A DNA stretch of 64,000 nucleotides from Spirochaetia bacterium. Its GTDB lineage: Bacteria; Spirochaetota; Spirochaetia; SP-2023. The stretch covers positions 608,001 to 672,000 of the forward strand of contig OZ253665.1 of the NCBI GenBank assembly GCA_965263295.1, read 5' to 3'. A program made the position numbers and the translations under genes. The notes under the pieces are model-generated. The model was not told the origin of the DNA. It saw nothing but the letters and a program-made list of their open reading frames with translations, and did no database searches. This document shows, one piece after another, positions 10,228-19,934 of this stretch (its first letter is position 1; each line of letters opens with the position of its first letter).

Positions 10228-13200
10228 ATGGAAGAGCAATCAGATAGTGTTTCTGAGGCGCAAGACAAAGAGCTTGCAGATCAGTTCATTCGAGCACAAA
10301 TTCCGGCGTTAAGGGGAGCTGCCGGCCCGGGCCCGGAGCGGCGGTCGGGGGGCAGCAAGGCGCACAAAACCAACCCCTCTCAATTATCTGTCCGGCTGCC
10401 TCAATTGATGGAGGCCACGAGCGACAAGCCTAGTGCTGTAATTGAACATTTGCGCACGCATTACGCCAACTACCTGGTTCTCGGCAGCTCCATGAAGTCT
10501 GCGCCCGTGCCGCTGGCAGCGGGTGCGCCGGCAGCTCTGCACAGCGGGGTTGCCGTGCTGTTTCAAGAACTGTTGCACAACAGCATCGACGAGTACTTGC
10601 AGGGGCACGGAAAAGTCATTGATGTATTGTGCAGCACTGAAACCATTACCATTCGCGACTACGGCCGGGGCATCCCGCACCCCCGGCTGCGGGCTGAAAT
10701 TCAGGAACTAGGCCAAAATCAAAAATTTAACAGCCCGGACTTGCGGTACTGTGAGGGGCTCAGCGGCTTGGGATTGAAGCTGGTCAATGCCTTGAGCAGT
10801 CGGTTTTTATTGCGTTCTTACCGCGTCAATCGCTTTGCCGAAATTGAAACGGCGCAGGGTAGAATTCTGCGTGATCGCCGTGGGCGCTGTAACAAGGAAG
10901 ATGGCACTTTTATCCGTTTTACGCCGGATCCAGGGATTTTCGCCGCGCAGTCAGTTAGTGTCGCAAAGTTATTTGATGTGCTGTGTAAAGTTTCAGCCTT
11001 GTTCCCTGGCTTGGAGATTCGCTTGAATCAAACTCATGTCATCAAGCAAAAAGGGGTGGGAGATCTATTTCAGTCGCTGCCGCAATGGCGCAAGCTGAAT
11101 TATTTATATGGCGCCCGCAGCCTGTCTGGGCGGGCTTGGCAGCTGGGTTTTGCCCATTTGTCTGAGTGGCAGAACAACGATGGCGGCTTGCACAATGAGC
11201 GTCTGGTGCAGAGTTTTGTCAATGGCCATGCCTGTGCCGGCGGTATATCGGGTGGGCTGCATGTCAGACAATTGCAGGGTGCATTTCTCGGAGCTCTGCG
11301 CGAAGTATTTCCAGACAGGGTTGCGCAGGTTAATGCTTTCTGGGACAAGGGGATCACTTTATTCTGGAGCTTGAGCCTGGTGGAACCAAGCTTCCAGGAC
11401 TTGGGTAAAACGCAGTTGACTGGCGCGGAGAGCGAAGTTTCGAGCATTGCCTTGGAGTGTCGCCAGCAGCTGTGTGAGCTTTTTGAGCGGGACGGCGAGC
11501 TAAAGACACAGCTGGAAAAATTGCTTGGCGATTGTGAAGCCGCCGAGGAACGCGACGAATACAACCTTTGGCAATCTCGCCTCTCTGGTGAACTGTTGCA
11601 AACAGAAGAGCGCACTCGCCAGCTGGAGCAGACACTAGAGAACTCGGAGCACAAATACAATGTCTTGAATGACGATTTGCATACGGCCCGCGAAGAGAGC
11701 GAAGAGATGCAGAAACATTGGAAAGATGTTTCCAGCCAGCTCGTCATGGATATGGAACAGGCTGAAAATGACCTGAATGAGTTCAAAAAGCTGCAGCGTG
11801 CCGAGCAACGCCGTTACCGCAAGGAACAGGAAAAGCGCCTGCAGAACCTGGAAGAGGAACAGCAGCTCTATCAGAAACTCAAGGATGGCGTGCGAGAGCA
11901 AACTAAGGAATTGTTAAATAAAGAATCTCAGCGTCAGCAATTAATTGATAGTGGTCTAAATAACTGGAACAGTTTGCAAAAATCTCTGGAAGAGGCCAGT
12001 ACTTTACAAAAGCAACGTGATTTGGAGCAGGAGCAAATTCTGGATTATCTGCGCGGTGCCAAGGCTTCGACGGAGACCGAAGTCGGGATTGTGCAGCAGA
12101 ATATCAAGCTAGCCGAACAAAAGATGTTGCAACGGCAGGAAGCCTACTTAAAAAACTTGCAGGACAATGCCCGCGAAGAATTTGATACGATTCATGATGA
12201 GATTGACAGCCACAAACAGGAATTGCGCAAAGTTCTGACGGAAGAGCAACGCAAGGCGGATGAGAAGCTTGAAGTTTTGCACAAGCGCCTGGACAAGAAA
12301 ATGCAGCTTGAAGATCGGCGTTGGCAGGAGCAGCTGGAGCAGGCGGGAAAAAGTTCGGCACAAGAGTGGCAACAAAGTTTAAATCGCCGTCGTGACGCGT
12401 TGGAACGTCTGGATCAGAATTGGCGTGAGCAGGAAGCTGTGCTGGAGGAACAACGTCAGAAGCAGCGGAGCTTTATCGAGCGTTGGCGCGAACGCTTGGT
12501 CGACGGGCGCCGTGAAGTGCAGGCCCATCAGGATGCGCAACGCGAACTGGTTCGCAATCGTAAAGAATTGCAGGAGTTTTTTGAGGGGCAGAAAAGAGAG
12601 CGCGACGATCAGGCTAGAAAATGGCAAGACTGGCTGGAGCAGAACCGCAAGGAACTGGCTGAGAACCAAGAGTTGACGAATAAACAGCTTGCCAGTCAGT
12701 ACGAGGCCCAGAAAGAGCAACAGGAGGACTGGGATCGGCGTATAAATGAGCAGGGAAAGGAGATGGAAACGCTGCGCAGTAGGCAGCTGGAGGCACTAGA
12801 ATCCCTGGGTACGCGTCTGGAGCGTGAGGTGGAACAAGAGGTTCAACGTCGCTTGAAGGATTGGCTGAAGAATATGGAGCGGCTTGGCCGCGAAGGTGAA
12901 GAGCATTTCATCGTCGAACAGAAATTACTGCAGACGAAGCAGCAGACTCTAGAAAATGAATTGGCTTTGGTGCAACAGGAAAAAGATAAGCTGTGGCAAG
13001 GCTGGACTCAAGAGCTGGAAGGAGCCAAGGGGGAAATGGCTCGCCAACTGGAAGAGAAGCAGACAGACTGGCGACAGAAGCAGGAGGCGCTGCAGAGCGA
13101 CCTGGAACAGGTGCAGAGTGAAAAAGAAAAATTGTGGTCGCAGTGGCAGAGGGACTTTGGCAATGCCAAGGAGGAAATGACTTGCCAGTTGGCTAGACGC

Positions 13201-15105
13201 AAAGAAGAATGGGAACGGCGCCAGGAGACCTTGTTGCAAGAATTTGAAAGACACCTGGAAAGTCTCAAGCAGAAGCAGTATGCCCAGCAGCACCGCATTG
13301 AAGAGACCCAGACAGAGCAGATGAAGACACTAAAACAGTTGCAACAATGTCAACGTGATGCAGATGAGCGCATGGGTAACCTGAATAAGGATCTGCTCAG
13401 TTATACCGCAGAACTTCGCAAGGAAATTGAAACTTCAATGGCTGAATTGCGCAACAATACCGATCACCAGTTTGCCCAGGTTGAGCAGTGTGCTCAGGAT
13501 CAGGCTCTCCTCTATCAGCAAGGCCTGCTGGAGAGGGAACAGGAAAGTCGGGAATTGCTGGATAAGTATCGGGAGAATTTTGATCAAAAACTGGAACAAC
13601 GATACCAGGATATGAGTCAGTGGAGTGAAAGCTTCGTCCAGCGCTTTGATGAACAGAAGCAGGCTTTGCGCGAAAGCCTGGAGGAGTTTGGCAAGGGCCT
13701 GAAAGAAGAACAGGAAGCCAATTTAATACAGGAGCTGGAGTCTCGCAATGATAAATTTCGGGCGGAACAGAGTGGCAGGGAAAAGCAGGCCGCCCAGGAA
13801 GCCCAACGCAAACGCAATCAGTTCTGGCGTGAACAGCAGCTTGACGCTCAGCAAGAGGCCCAACAGCAACGTCAGGAATTTCAGGATTTACATAAGCAAC
13901 TGCACAATACAATGGAGCGCGAGCGCGAGCGCGTGCAAAAGGAATTGGACTATTTGCAACAGTTGGCACAACAGCAGGAAGAAAGTCTGGAAAGCCTGAG
14001 TCAAAGCTTGGCGCGCGATGTTGAACAGCGATCTGAACATTTGAAGAAAGACATGGAGGAGAACTACCGGCAGTTTCACGAAGAAATACTGGGTAACACC
14101 CGCGAGCTCCATCAGATGAATTCTGAAGAGCGTAAGACTTTGCGTGACGATCTGGCCAAGATGCAGAGCGATGTAAAAGAACTGAATGCCAATATTGGCT
14201 TGTCGGAACAGGCCTTGCAGACTGTACAAAAGGCTTTGCCTGACAGCCTGAAACTCCAAGAGAGCCTAGATAAATTAGCGGGAAAAGAGAAATTGCTGCA
14301 TGAAGTTGAGCGAGAGATCACGCAGTTGCAAAGTACCTTGAATGAAAACAGTCAAATTGGCCAGAAGACTTCTGAACAATTGGCGGCTCTGTTGGCCCGT
14401 CGCAACGAACTGAGTGATATTGAGCAGCAGATGGGGCAGATACTCAACCTTTCTGGCGACCTGTATCAACAGCGTGAAAGTCTGGACCAGCAGCAAAAGC
14501 GTGTCGCCGGCTATCAAAATCAGCTAGACAAGCTAGAGCACCTGTACAAAGAAAGCAGTGACTTGCTGGAGCTTTTTGACGAGCGCAAAAATCAAATGCT
14601 TGAGGCAGCTTCATTGCTAAACGGTTACAGTGAAGATCTGGGTAAAATGGATGAGAAAATCCAGGTCCTACAGGAGCAACTGCAGCCGTTGGAACTGAGT
14701 TTTGGCAAAGCCCAGGACTTGCAGCAGGAGCTTGTAGGACAACAACAACAGTTACAGAGTACCCAAGAAGAGCTAGAGCACATGCAGCAGGCCTTGGGCG
14801 AACTGCATGAGGATAGCCAAGGCATAGACAAGATGCGCGACTGGATTGCGAAGACGGAAACACGAATGCTTGAATTGTCGCAGGATATTCAGGAAAACTT
14901 GCGTACCGTAGAGACCATAGTCCGCAAGAATCGTCCCGGCGAGCGAAATTCGCACAGCGGGTTAGGCAAGGTCGATAATGATGTGCGCAATACAGTCGTT
15001 CAGTTGTACAATAAAAACTGGATTAGCAGTGAGATAGCCCGTGCTACACAGCTGAGTGTGGGCGAGGTTGAACTGATCTTGGAAATGCTGCCTTCAGCTT
15101 CCTAG
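10228..15105 (+). CDS. ParE/GyrB-like GHKL ATPase + transducer fused to a very long coiled coil with SpiroCoCo-like C-terminal HTH
   Basis: GHKL motifs ELLHNSIDE, IRDYGRGIP, GLSGLGLKLVNALS and DGTFIRFTPD. Transducer SFVNG...GGLH...PSFQDLGK. Then ~1100 aa of E/Q/L/K/R-rich heptad sequence, ending VVQLYNKNWISSEIARATQLSVGEVELILEM. First ATG is at 10228. Confidence 0.88.
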   Translation: MEEQSDSVSEAQDKELADQFIRAQIPALRGAAGPGPERRSGGSKAHKTNPSQLSVRLPQLMEATSDKPSAVIEHLRTHYANYLVLGSSMKSAPVPLAAGAPAALHSGVAVLFQELLHNSIDEYLQGHGKVIDVLCSTETITIRDYGRGIPHPRLRAEIQELGQNQKFNSPDLRYCEGLSGLGLKLVNALSSRFLLRSYRVNRFAEIETAQGRILRDRRGRCNKEDGTFIRFTPDPGIFAAQSVSVAKLFDVLCKVSALFPGLEIRLNQTHVIKQKGVGDLFQSLPQWRKLNYLYGARSLSGRAWQLGFAHLSEWQNNDGGLHNERLVQSFVNGHACAGGISGGLHVRQLQGAFLGALREVFPDRVAQVNAFWDKGITLFWSLSLVEPSFQDLGKTQLTGAESEVSSIALECRQQLCELFERDGELKTQLEKLLGDCEAAEERDEYNLWQSRLSGELLQTEERTRQLEQTLENSEHKYNVLNDDLHTAREESEEMQKHWKDVSSQLVMDMEQAENDLNEFKKLQRAEQRRYRKEQEKRLQNLEEEQQLYQKLKDGVREQTKELLNKESQRQQLIDSGLNNWNSLQKSLEEASTLQKQRDLEQEQILDYLRGAKASTETEVGIVQQNIKLAEQKMLQRQEAYLKNLQDNAREEFDTIHDEIDSHKQELRKVLTEEQRKADEKLEVLHKRLDKKMQLEDRRWQEQLEQAGKSSAQEWQQSLNRRRDALERLDQNWREQEAVLEEQRQKQRSFIERWRERLVDGRREVQAHQDAQRELVRNRKELQEFFEGQKRERDDQARKWQDWLEQNRKELAENQELTNKQLASQYEAQKEQQEDWDRRINEQGKEMETLRSRQLEALESLGTRLEREVEQEVQRRLKDWLKNMERLGREGEEHFIVEQKLLQTKQQTLENELALVQQEKDKLWQGWTQELEGAKGEMARQLEEKQTDWRQKQEALQSDLEQVQSEKEKLWSQWQRDFGNAKEEMTCQLARRKEEWERRQETLLQEFERHLESLKQKQYAQQHRIEETQTEQMKTLKQLQQCQRDADERMGNLNKDLLSYTAELRKEIETSMAELRNNTDHQFAQVEQCAQDQALLYQQGLLEREQESRELLDKYRENFDQKLEQRYQDMSQWSESFVQRFDEQKQALRESLEEFGKGLKEEQEANLIQELESRNDKFRAEQSGREKQAAQEAQRKRNQFWREQQLDAQQEAQQQRQEFQDLHKQLHNTMERERERVQKELDYLQQLAQQQEESLESLSQSLARDVEQRSEHLKKDMEENYRQFHEEILGNTRELHQMNSEERKTLRDDLAKMQSDVKELNANIGLSEQALQTVQKALPDSLKLQESLDKLAGKEKLLHEVEREITQLQSTLNENSQIGQKTSEQLAALLARRNELSDIEQQMGQILNLSGDLYQQRESLDQQQKRVAGYQNQLDKLEHLYKESSDLLELFDERKNQMLEAASLLNGYSEDLGKMDEKIQVLQEQLQPLELSFGKAQDLQQELVGQQQQLQSTQEELEHMQQALGELHEDSQGIDKMRDWIAKTETRMLELSQDIQENLRTVETIVRKNRPGERNSHSGLGKVDNDVRNTVVQLYNKNWISSEIARATQLSVGEVELILEMLPSAS
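12937..13218 (+). repeat. Two tandem 141-bp (47-aa) repeats in the coiled coil
   Basis: KQQTLENELALVQQEKDKLWQGWTQELEGAKGEMARQLEEKQTDWRQ is followed directly by KQEALQSDLEQVQSEKEKLWSQWQRDFGNAKEEMTCQLARRKEEWER. Confidence 0.85.
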
Positions 15106-16090
15106 GTGAGTGCGGTATGATTTCAGGGCTCCACAGTTCTTTACGTGAAATACGGAATTGTAGGGTCAGGCCGAAGCTGAAACCGGTTGTATCTTCGTCT
15201 ATGGTACCTAATTTATCTAGAGAGAGGCCAAAAGGCATGGCTTCAAAGTAGAACCCGGCGGCGACGCGACGATATACGGTGAATTTTAATTTAAGTCCTA
15301 GACCTAGAAACATTGCCGAATAGTTACTATCCGTAATGCCTTGGCTGAAAATAAAAGCATTTGAAAGGTAAAAATCTAACAAAAGAAAGCGGGCCGGTGC
15401 CGATCCGCCAAACACTAGATTATTTTGTATCTGTATCAGGCCAGGGCCGGTGGCGCCTGCGTCAAAAAAGTTAAAACTTCCTGTGATGCCAATGCGCAAC
15501 TGAGAGATCATAAACAAAGCTTTTAAATACAAATACATATTGCGGTAGTCAGTATCGCGAGCATTGTTGATGGTATTGGTCAGAAAGGTCCCTTCAAGTT
15601 GCAGTTCCATCAAACCTTGCAAATTATAATAGACCCTAATGTAAGGGCCAAAACCAAACAGATTAGGTCGGCTTTCACTGGCCAAAGTGTATTCTTGGGC
15701 CGGACCAAAGAGCAAGCCAACGTTTTCATTGCCTATGCCAAACGCAAAATTACTTTGTTGATTGCGCAGGTTATTAAGTAGCAACTGAAAATGAAGCACA
15801 TAATTGTTGTGCAATACAAGCAGGGCCTCAAGGTCGCCCTGAGGCATCATGGCATAACGACTTAAAGCTACTTCTTCGGCAAATACAAAGTAGCCAGGGG
15901 TCTCATTGGTATCTCTAGTGGCAAAGTTACTCATGCCTGTCGAGATATTGAGAAGTAAGAGTGGCTGATATTGAAAAGAATGAGCGGATAGAGATTGGGG
16001 CCATTGGGCCGACAGCAGCAGGCCTAAAGTCAGGCTATAGTGCAGCTGTGGGTGGGGCGACTTGTGGCCACTAATTTTAATAGCTTTCAT
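15044..16090 (-). CDS. Hypothetical exported protein, putative outer-membrane beta-barrel
   Basis: Signal peptide (..SLSA|HS). Many Gly/Phe/Tyr alternating strands. ATGA overlap with the upstream M15 gene. Confidence 0.6.
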   Translation of the reverse strand: MKAIKISGHKSPHPQLHYSLTLGLLLSAQWPQSLSAHSFQYQPLLLLNISTGMSNFATRDTNETPGYFVFAEEVALSRYAMMPQGDLEALLVLHNNYVLHFQLLLNNLRNQQSNFAFGIGNENVGLLFGPAQEYTLASESRPNLFGFGPYIRVYYNLQGLMELQLEGTFLTNTINNARDTDYRNMYLYLKALFMISQLRIGITGSFNFFDAGATGPGLIQIQNNLVFGGSAPARFLLLDFYLSNAFIFSQGITDSNYSAMFLGLGLKLKFTVYRRVAAGFYFEAMPFGLSLDKLGTIDEDTTGFSFGLTLQFRISRKELWSPEIIPHSPRKLKAAFPRSVQPRPHSAV

Positions 16091-17001
16091 TTTTCCTGAT
16101 CTTGCTTTTTCAGGTATTTACGTAGTAAATACAATTCCAAGCGATATTCAAAATGCATGGCATCAAAGTAAAGCCATTTCCCGCCCCAAATGAATCCTTC
16201 ACTTTCAAAGGCATCAATCACTGCTTGAGGAGGCGCCCAGCGTTTCGAGTAGGGAATATTGTACCAATCCTGTCGATGATTGCGTTCCCAGTTCCAGTAT
16301 ACGGCTTTGCCATCCCAACTGCCGGGTATTAAGTCTAATGCCGTTCCAAAGCTATGATTGCTAAGTTTTTCAAAGTATTGGATATTACGCCAGGTATAGG
16401 TAGAAATATTGCGCAGGTTGAGGAAAAAATGATCCAGCTCTGGATCCTGGCGCCGAGCCCTGAGTAGACGACGTTCAATGCGCTTTAATGGCCAGATAAT
16501 CATAGGATGAATTTTTATGCGAAATTCCATGAATGGAATTTCCTGAACTAGTTTATCCATAGTGGTTTTGTCGGGCGCCTGATAAAGAGTTTGACGAAAA
16601 GCGTCGCTCTCCTGGATTGTCAGACCCTGGCTGTTGCGTTCTAGTATTTTGAGGAACTTCTCTTCTTCTGCGGGGTTGGAGAAAGGAGGGACGGGGGGCA
16701 ACTCTTCGGGATAGTAATAGACTCCAAATTTGCGATATTTCTGGTATTGATCTGCCAGTTCCTCGGGCAAAATACGCCCGTGTGCCCAGTTAAACCAAGT
16801 TCCATTGACCTTGATACCCCAATCATGCAAGTGGCTGCGGAAACTCAGTTTGCTGATCTGATGTGGGTAGGCTTGGCTCAAGGCGCGCAAAACAATATAA
16901 GCGCTTCCGATTTTATCACTTTTGCCTGCAGAGCCAAAGAGTAATAAGGTGGGCAGGGCCCAACCAATTAATAAAAAAGTCGGTATGGATGAGATTTTCA
17001 T
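16087..17001 (-). CDS. M15-family metallopeptidase (D-Ala-D-Ala carboxypeptidase-like)
   Basis: Signal peptide, SNHSFGTALD (SxHxxGxAxD), FESEGFIWGGKW, DAMHFEY. Confidence 0.9.
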   Translation of the reverse strand: MKISSIPTFLLIGWALPTLLLFGSAGKSDKIGSAYIVLRALSQAYPHQISKLSFRSHLHDWGIKVNGTWFNWAHGRILPEELADQYQKYRKFGVYYYPEELPPVPPFSNPAEEEKFLKILERNSQGLTIQESDAFRQTLYQAPDKTTMDKLVQEIPFMEFRIKIHPMIIWPLKRIERRLLRARRQDPELDHFFLNLRNISTYTWRNIQYFEKLSNHSFGTALDLIPGSWDGKAVYWNWERNHRQDWYNIPYSKRWAPPQAVIDAFESEGFIWGGKWLYFDAMHFEYRLELYLLRKYLKKQDQEK

Positions 17002-17147
17002 TGCTGGACCAATTACGTCGTTTGAATTGCAGCTTGACTGCTAAGTTTTATATCTGCGGCCCGTGTTGGCGATAATGGCTTTAAATAGCCAAGACTCTAT
17101 ACCTTCCGCTTGACCTGCTAACTATCTTTAAAACAAAAAAATAAAAT

Positions 17148-17220
17148 TGCTCCAGATACGATTTGAACGTACGACCTACCGCTTAGGAGGCGGTTGCTCT
17201 ATCCCCTGAGCTACTGGAGC
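17148..17220 (-). tRNA. tRNA-Arg(CCT)
   Basis: The reverse complement GCTCCAGTAGCTCAGGGGATAGAGCA-ACCGC-CT-CCT-AA-GCGGT-AGGTC-GTACG-TTCAAAT-CGTAT-CTGGAGCA folds into a full cloverleaf. CCA is not encoded. Confidence 0.96.
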
Positions 17221-17242
17221 GCTGGAAACAGAAGGCCCAGCA

Positions 17243-17271
17243 ATTCTAATAGGCGCGATAACTATTGTCAA
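17243..17271 (-). promoter_or_regulatory. Sigma70 promoter of tRNA-Arg
   Basis: TTGACA-17 bp-TAGAAT on the minus strand, ~22 bp upstream of the tRNA. Confidence 0.8.
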
Positions 17272-17349
17272 TAATTCCTCAGCTTATGTTTTATCGAGTC
17301 ATTGATTAAAGGTAGCTTATCCATGTTCAGTGAATTTTATGCCAGCAGG

Positions 17350-17874
17350 CTAGGTCCCAGCAGTGCGGCTGTCTCCGCGGGCAATGAAGACCTTACCTGT
17401 CCGCACGCTTTCGACTATCTGGTATGGATCAAAAAGTCTCTCTAAAGATTCAATATCTTCTGAGCTGCCGACAACTTGTATAGTGATAGAAGAGCTAGTG
17501 GCATCCAGTAAGCTACAACCAAAAGTATCAATAATTTGCAGGATTTGGGATCGACTTTCGGGGTTACAATGTATCTTCAGCAAAGCTAGTTCACGTTGTA
17601 GAACCTTTGTTCCTAAAACATTACTGTGGTCGCTGATGTGTACTACGTCGATTAGTTTGTGTAGCTGCCTAATTAATAAAGGTATTTGTTGCTCTTCGCC
17701 GCTGGCCTCAATACTGATCCAGGAAAAGTCTGGGTCGTAGGCGGACGAGACGACTAAACTGTCAATATTGTAGCTGCGCCGATTAAATACGAGGGTAATT
17801 CGAGCTAAAGTACCCGGATGGTTTTGCACGTACAGGCTTAGGGAAAACTTCTTTATTGAATTTTTGGGGTTCAT
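17350..17874 (-). CDS. ilvN: Acetolactate synthase small (regulatory) subunit
   Basis: ACT domain NHPGTLARITLVFNRRSYNIDSLVV, QLHKLIDV, RELALLK, ESVRTG. Directly downstream of ilvB. Confidence 0.95.
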   Translation of the reverse strand: MNPKNSIKKFSLSLYVQNHPGTLARITLVFNRRSYNIDSLVVSSAYDPDFSWISIEASGEEQQIPLLIRQLHKLIDVVHISDHSNVLGTKVLQRELALLKIHCNPESRSQILQIIDTFGCSLLDATSSSITIQVVGSSEDIESLERLFDPYQIVESVRTGKVFIARGDSRTAGT

Positions 17875-17909
17875 ATTTTCATATCCTTTTGATATACATT
17901 GCGCATGGC

Positions 17910-19607
17910 TCAGCCTTCGACTGGCTTTTGCAATATCATGCCTTCCAGTGGAACGCCTGCCGGTACCATGGGGAATACATTTTCCTCTGCCTGGATCACG
18001 GCATCAATGACAAGTGGCCCGTCGTTGTATCGCAAGGCGGCGTTTAGCACACGTTTGATGTCGGCACTGCGTTTTAGACGAAAGGCTTTGCAAGAATACG
18101 CTTCGGCCAGTTTCGCGAAGTCCGGGTTGCCTTCCAAGCGGACACCGCTCAGGCGTTCGTCATAGAATAGTTCCTGCCATTGACGTACCATACCGAGGTA
18201 GCCGTTATTCATCACGATGACTTTAATCGGGAGTTTCAGTTGGGCCGCTGTGGCGAGTTCGCAAAGCGTCATCTGGAAACCACCATCGCCGACAATACAA
18301 AATACTATCTGTCCGGGTCGCCCCAATTGGGCACCAATTGCCGAAGGCAAACCGTAGCCCATAGTGCCGGCACCGCCAGAAGTCAGCCAATTTCTTCCGG
18401 CCTGAGCCAGGTAAAATTGAGCGGCCCACATCTGGTGCTGCCCCACATCCGTGGTTACGGTGGCTTCGCCATTTGTCAGGTTTTGCAAGGTCTCAATGAT
18501 ATGTTGAGGCTTGAGATTACCTTCTTTGCGGTATCGCAAAGGGAATTCCTTGCGCCACTTCGCTATCTGCTTTAACCAGGCACTGCGATCTCGTCGCTGA
18601 AGCTTGTCGAGCAATAATTGTAGGCTGATCTTAGCATTGCCCAAAATGCTGCAATCCGCTTTGATAACTTTGCCAAATTCGGCGGGGTCAATATCGAAGT
18701 GGATCTTGCGTGAAGATGGGGCAAAGCGCTTGGGGTCGCTTGTAATACGGTCATCCCAGCGTGAACCGACGGAGATAATCAAGTCGGCTTCAGCCAGGGC
18801 TTTGTTGGAGTAAGCTGTTCCGTGCATGCCGGGAATGCCCAGGTTGAGAGGATGAGTTTCTGGAAAGCAACCTTTACCCAATAGCGTGTTGATGACCGGA
18901 ATCTCAGTCTTTTGGACTAGCGCCTCAATCTCGTTGCTGGCGTCCGCTAGGATGGCGCCATGACCAATGAGGAACACTGGGCGATAGGAAGTATTGATCA
19001 TATCTGCGGCTAATTCGATGCCGGCAGGGTCCGGAGCTCCTGCCAGAAGGTACCCCGGCAGATAAGGGTCACGCATTGGGTAAGGTTCGGCGATTTTAGC
19101 TGAAATATCTTTGGGAATATCTATGAGAACGGGACCAGGACGACCGGTATTCGCCAGAAAAAAGGCTTCGTGAACAATGTTTTTTAAATCTCGAACATCT
19201 TTGATCAGATAAGAATGTTTGACAATAGGCATTGCCATGCCCATCATATCTGCTTCTTGAAAGGAATCAAGGCCCAGGCCACTGGTCGTGACTTGTCCGG
19301 TAATGACAAGCATGGGGACTGAGTCCATCATGGCGGTGTAAATCCCAGTGACACAATTGGTGGCGCCAGGCCCAGAGGTGGCCAGAACAATACCCGTTCT
19401 GCCTGTCGCACGGGCATAGCCGTCAGCCATGTGAGTGGCTCCTTGTTCATGTCGCACCAGGACAAACTGTAGCTCTGAACTGTGCAAGGCATCAAAAATA
19501 GGGATTGTGGCTCCACCGGGCAAGCCAAAAATATATTCGACACCCTCGGCCTTTAACTGTTCTACCAGGAGCTCTGCACCACTCTTCAGCTGGTTTTTTG
19601 CGTCCAT
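17910..19607 (-). CDS. ilvB: Acetolactate synthase large subunit, biosynthetic type
   Basis: IFGLPGGA, RHEQGA.HMADGYARA.G, TSGPGATN, GMHG, TDVGQHQMW, GDGGFQM (TPP motif), GMVRQWQ. Confidence 0.97.
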   Translation of the reverse strand: MDAKNQLKSGAELLVEQLKAEGVEYIFGLPGGATIPIFDALHSSELQFVLVRHEQGATHMADGYARATGRTGIVLATSGPGATNCVTGIYTAMMDSVPMLVITGQVTTSGLGLDSFQEADMMGMAMPIVKHSYLIKDVRDLKNIVHEAFFLANTGRPGPVLIDIPKDISAKIAEPYPMRDPYLPGYLLAGAPDPAGIELAADMINTSYRPVFLIGHGAILADASNEIEALVQKTEIPVINTLLGKGCFPETHPLNLGIPGMHGTAYSNKALAEADLIISVGSRWDDRITSDPKRFAPSSRKIHFDIDPAEFGKVIKADCSILGNAKISLQLLLDKLQRRDRSAWLKQIAKWRKEFPLRYRKEGNLKPQHIIETLQNLTNGEATVTTDVGQHQMWAAQFYLAQAGRNWLTSGGAGTMGYGLPSAIGAQLGRPGQIVFCIVGDGGFQMTLCELATAAQLKLPIKVIVMNNGYLGMVRQWQELFYDERLSGVRLEGNPDFAKLAEAYSCKAFRLKRSADIKRVLNAALRYNDGPLVIDAVIQAEENVFPMVPAGVPLEGMILQKPVEG

Positions 19608-19934
19608 TATTACTCCTATCGTTAGGTATCTATATTCGGTTAATTAATTAGAATTATATCAATCAATAATTTGTAGTCACTCTAGTATATTATGGAAGCT
19701 TGTCAATTTATTGGCCATAGTTGGGCTAAAATGACACTTAACACTTGATTTTATTGAACAGATTGTTTGATTTTACAAAGATCTACAAGTTGTCAATTAA
19801 AATTGATAATTTTGGCAGTTCTCTTTTAAGCTTGTTGTACTTTTTTGAATATCGGGAGAAAAATCTACGCTTTGACTTGATACTTGGGATAAATACCTTA
19901 AGCTTTAGCTTGCCATGTATATGGAGGGGGAACA

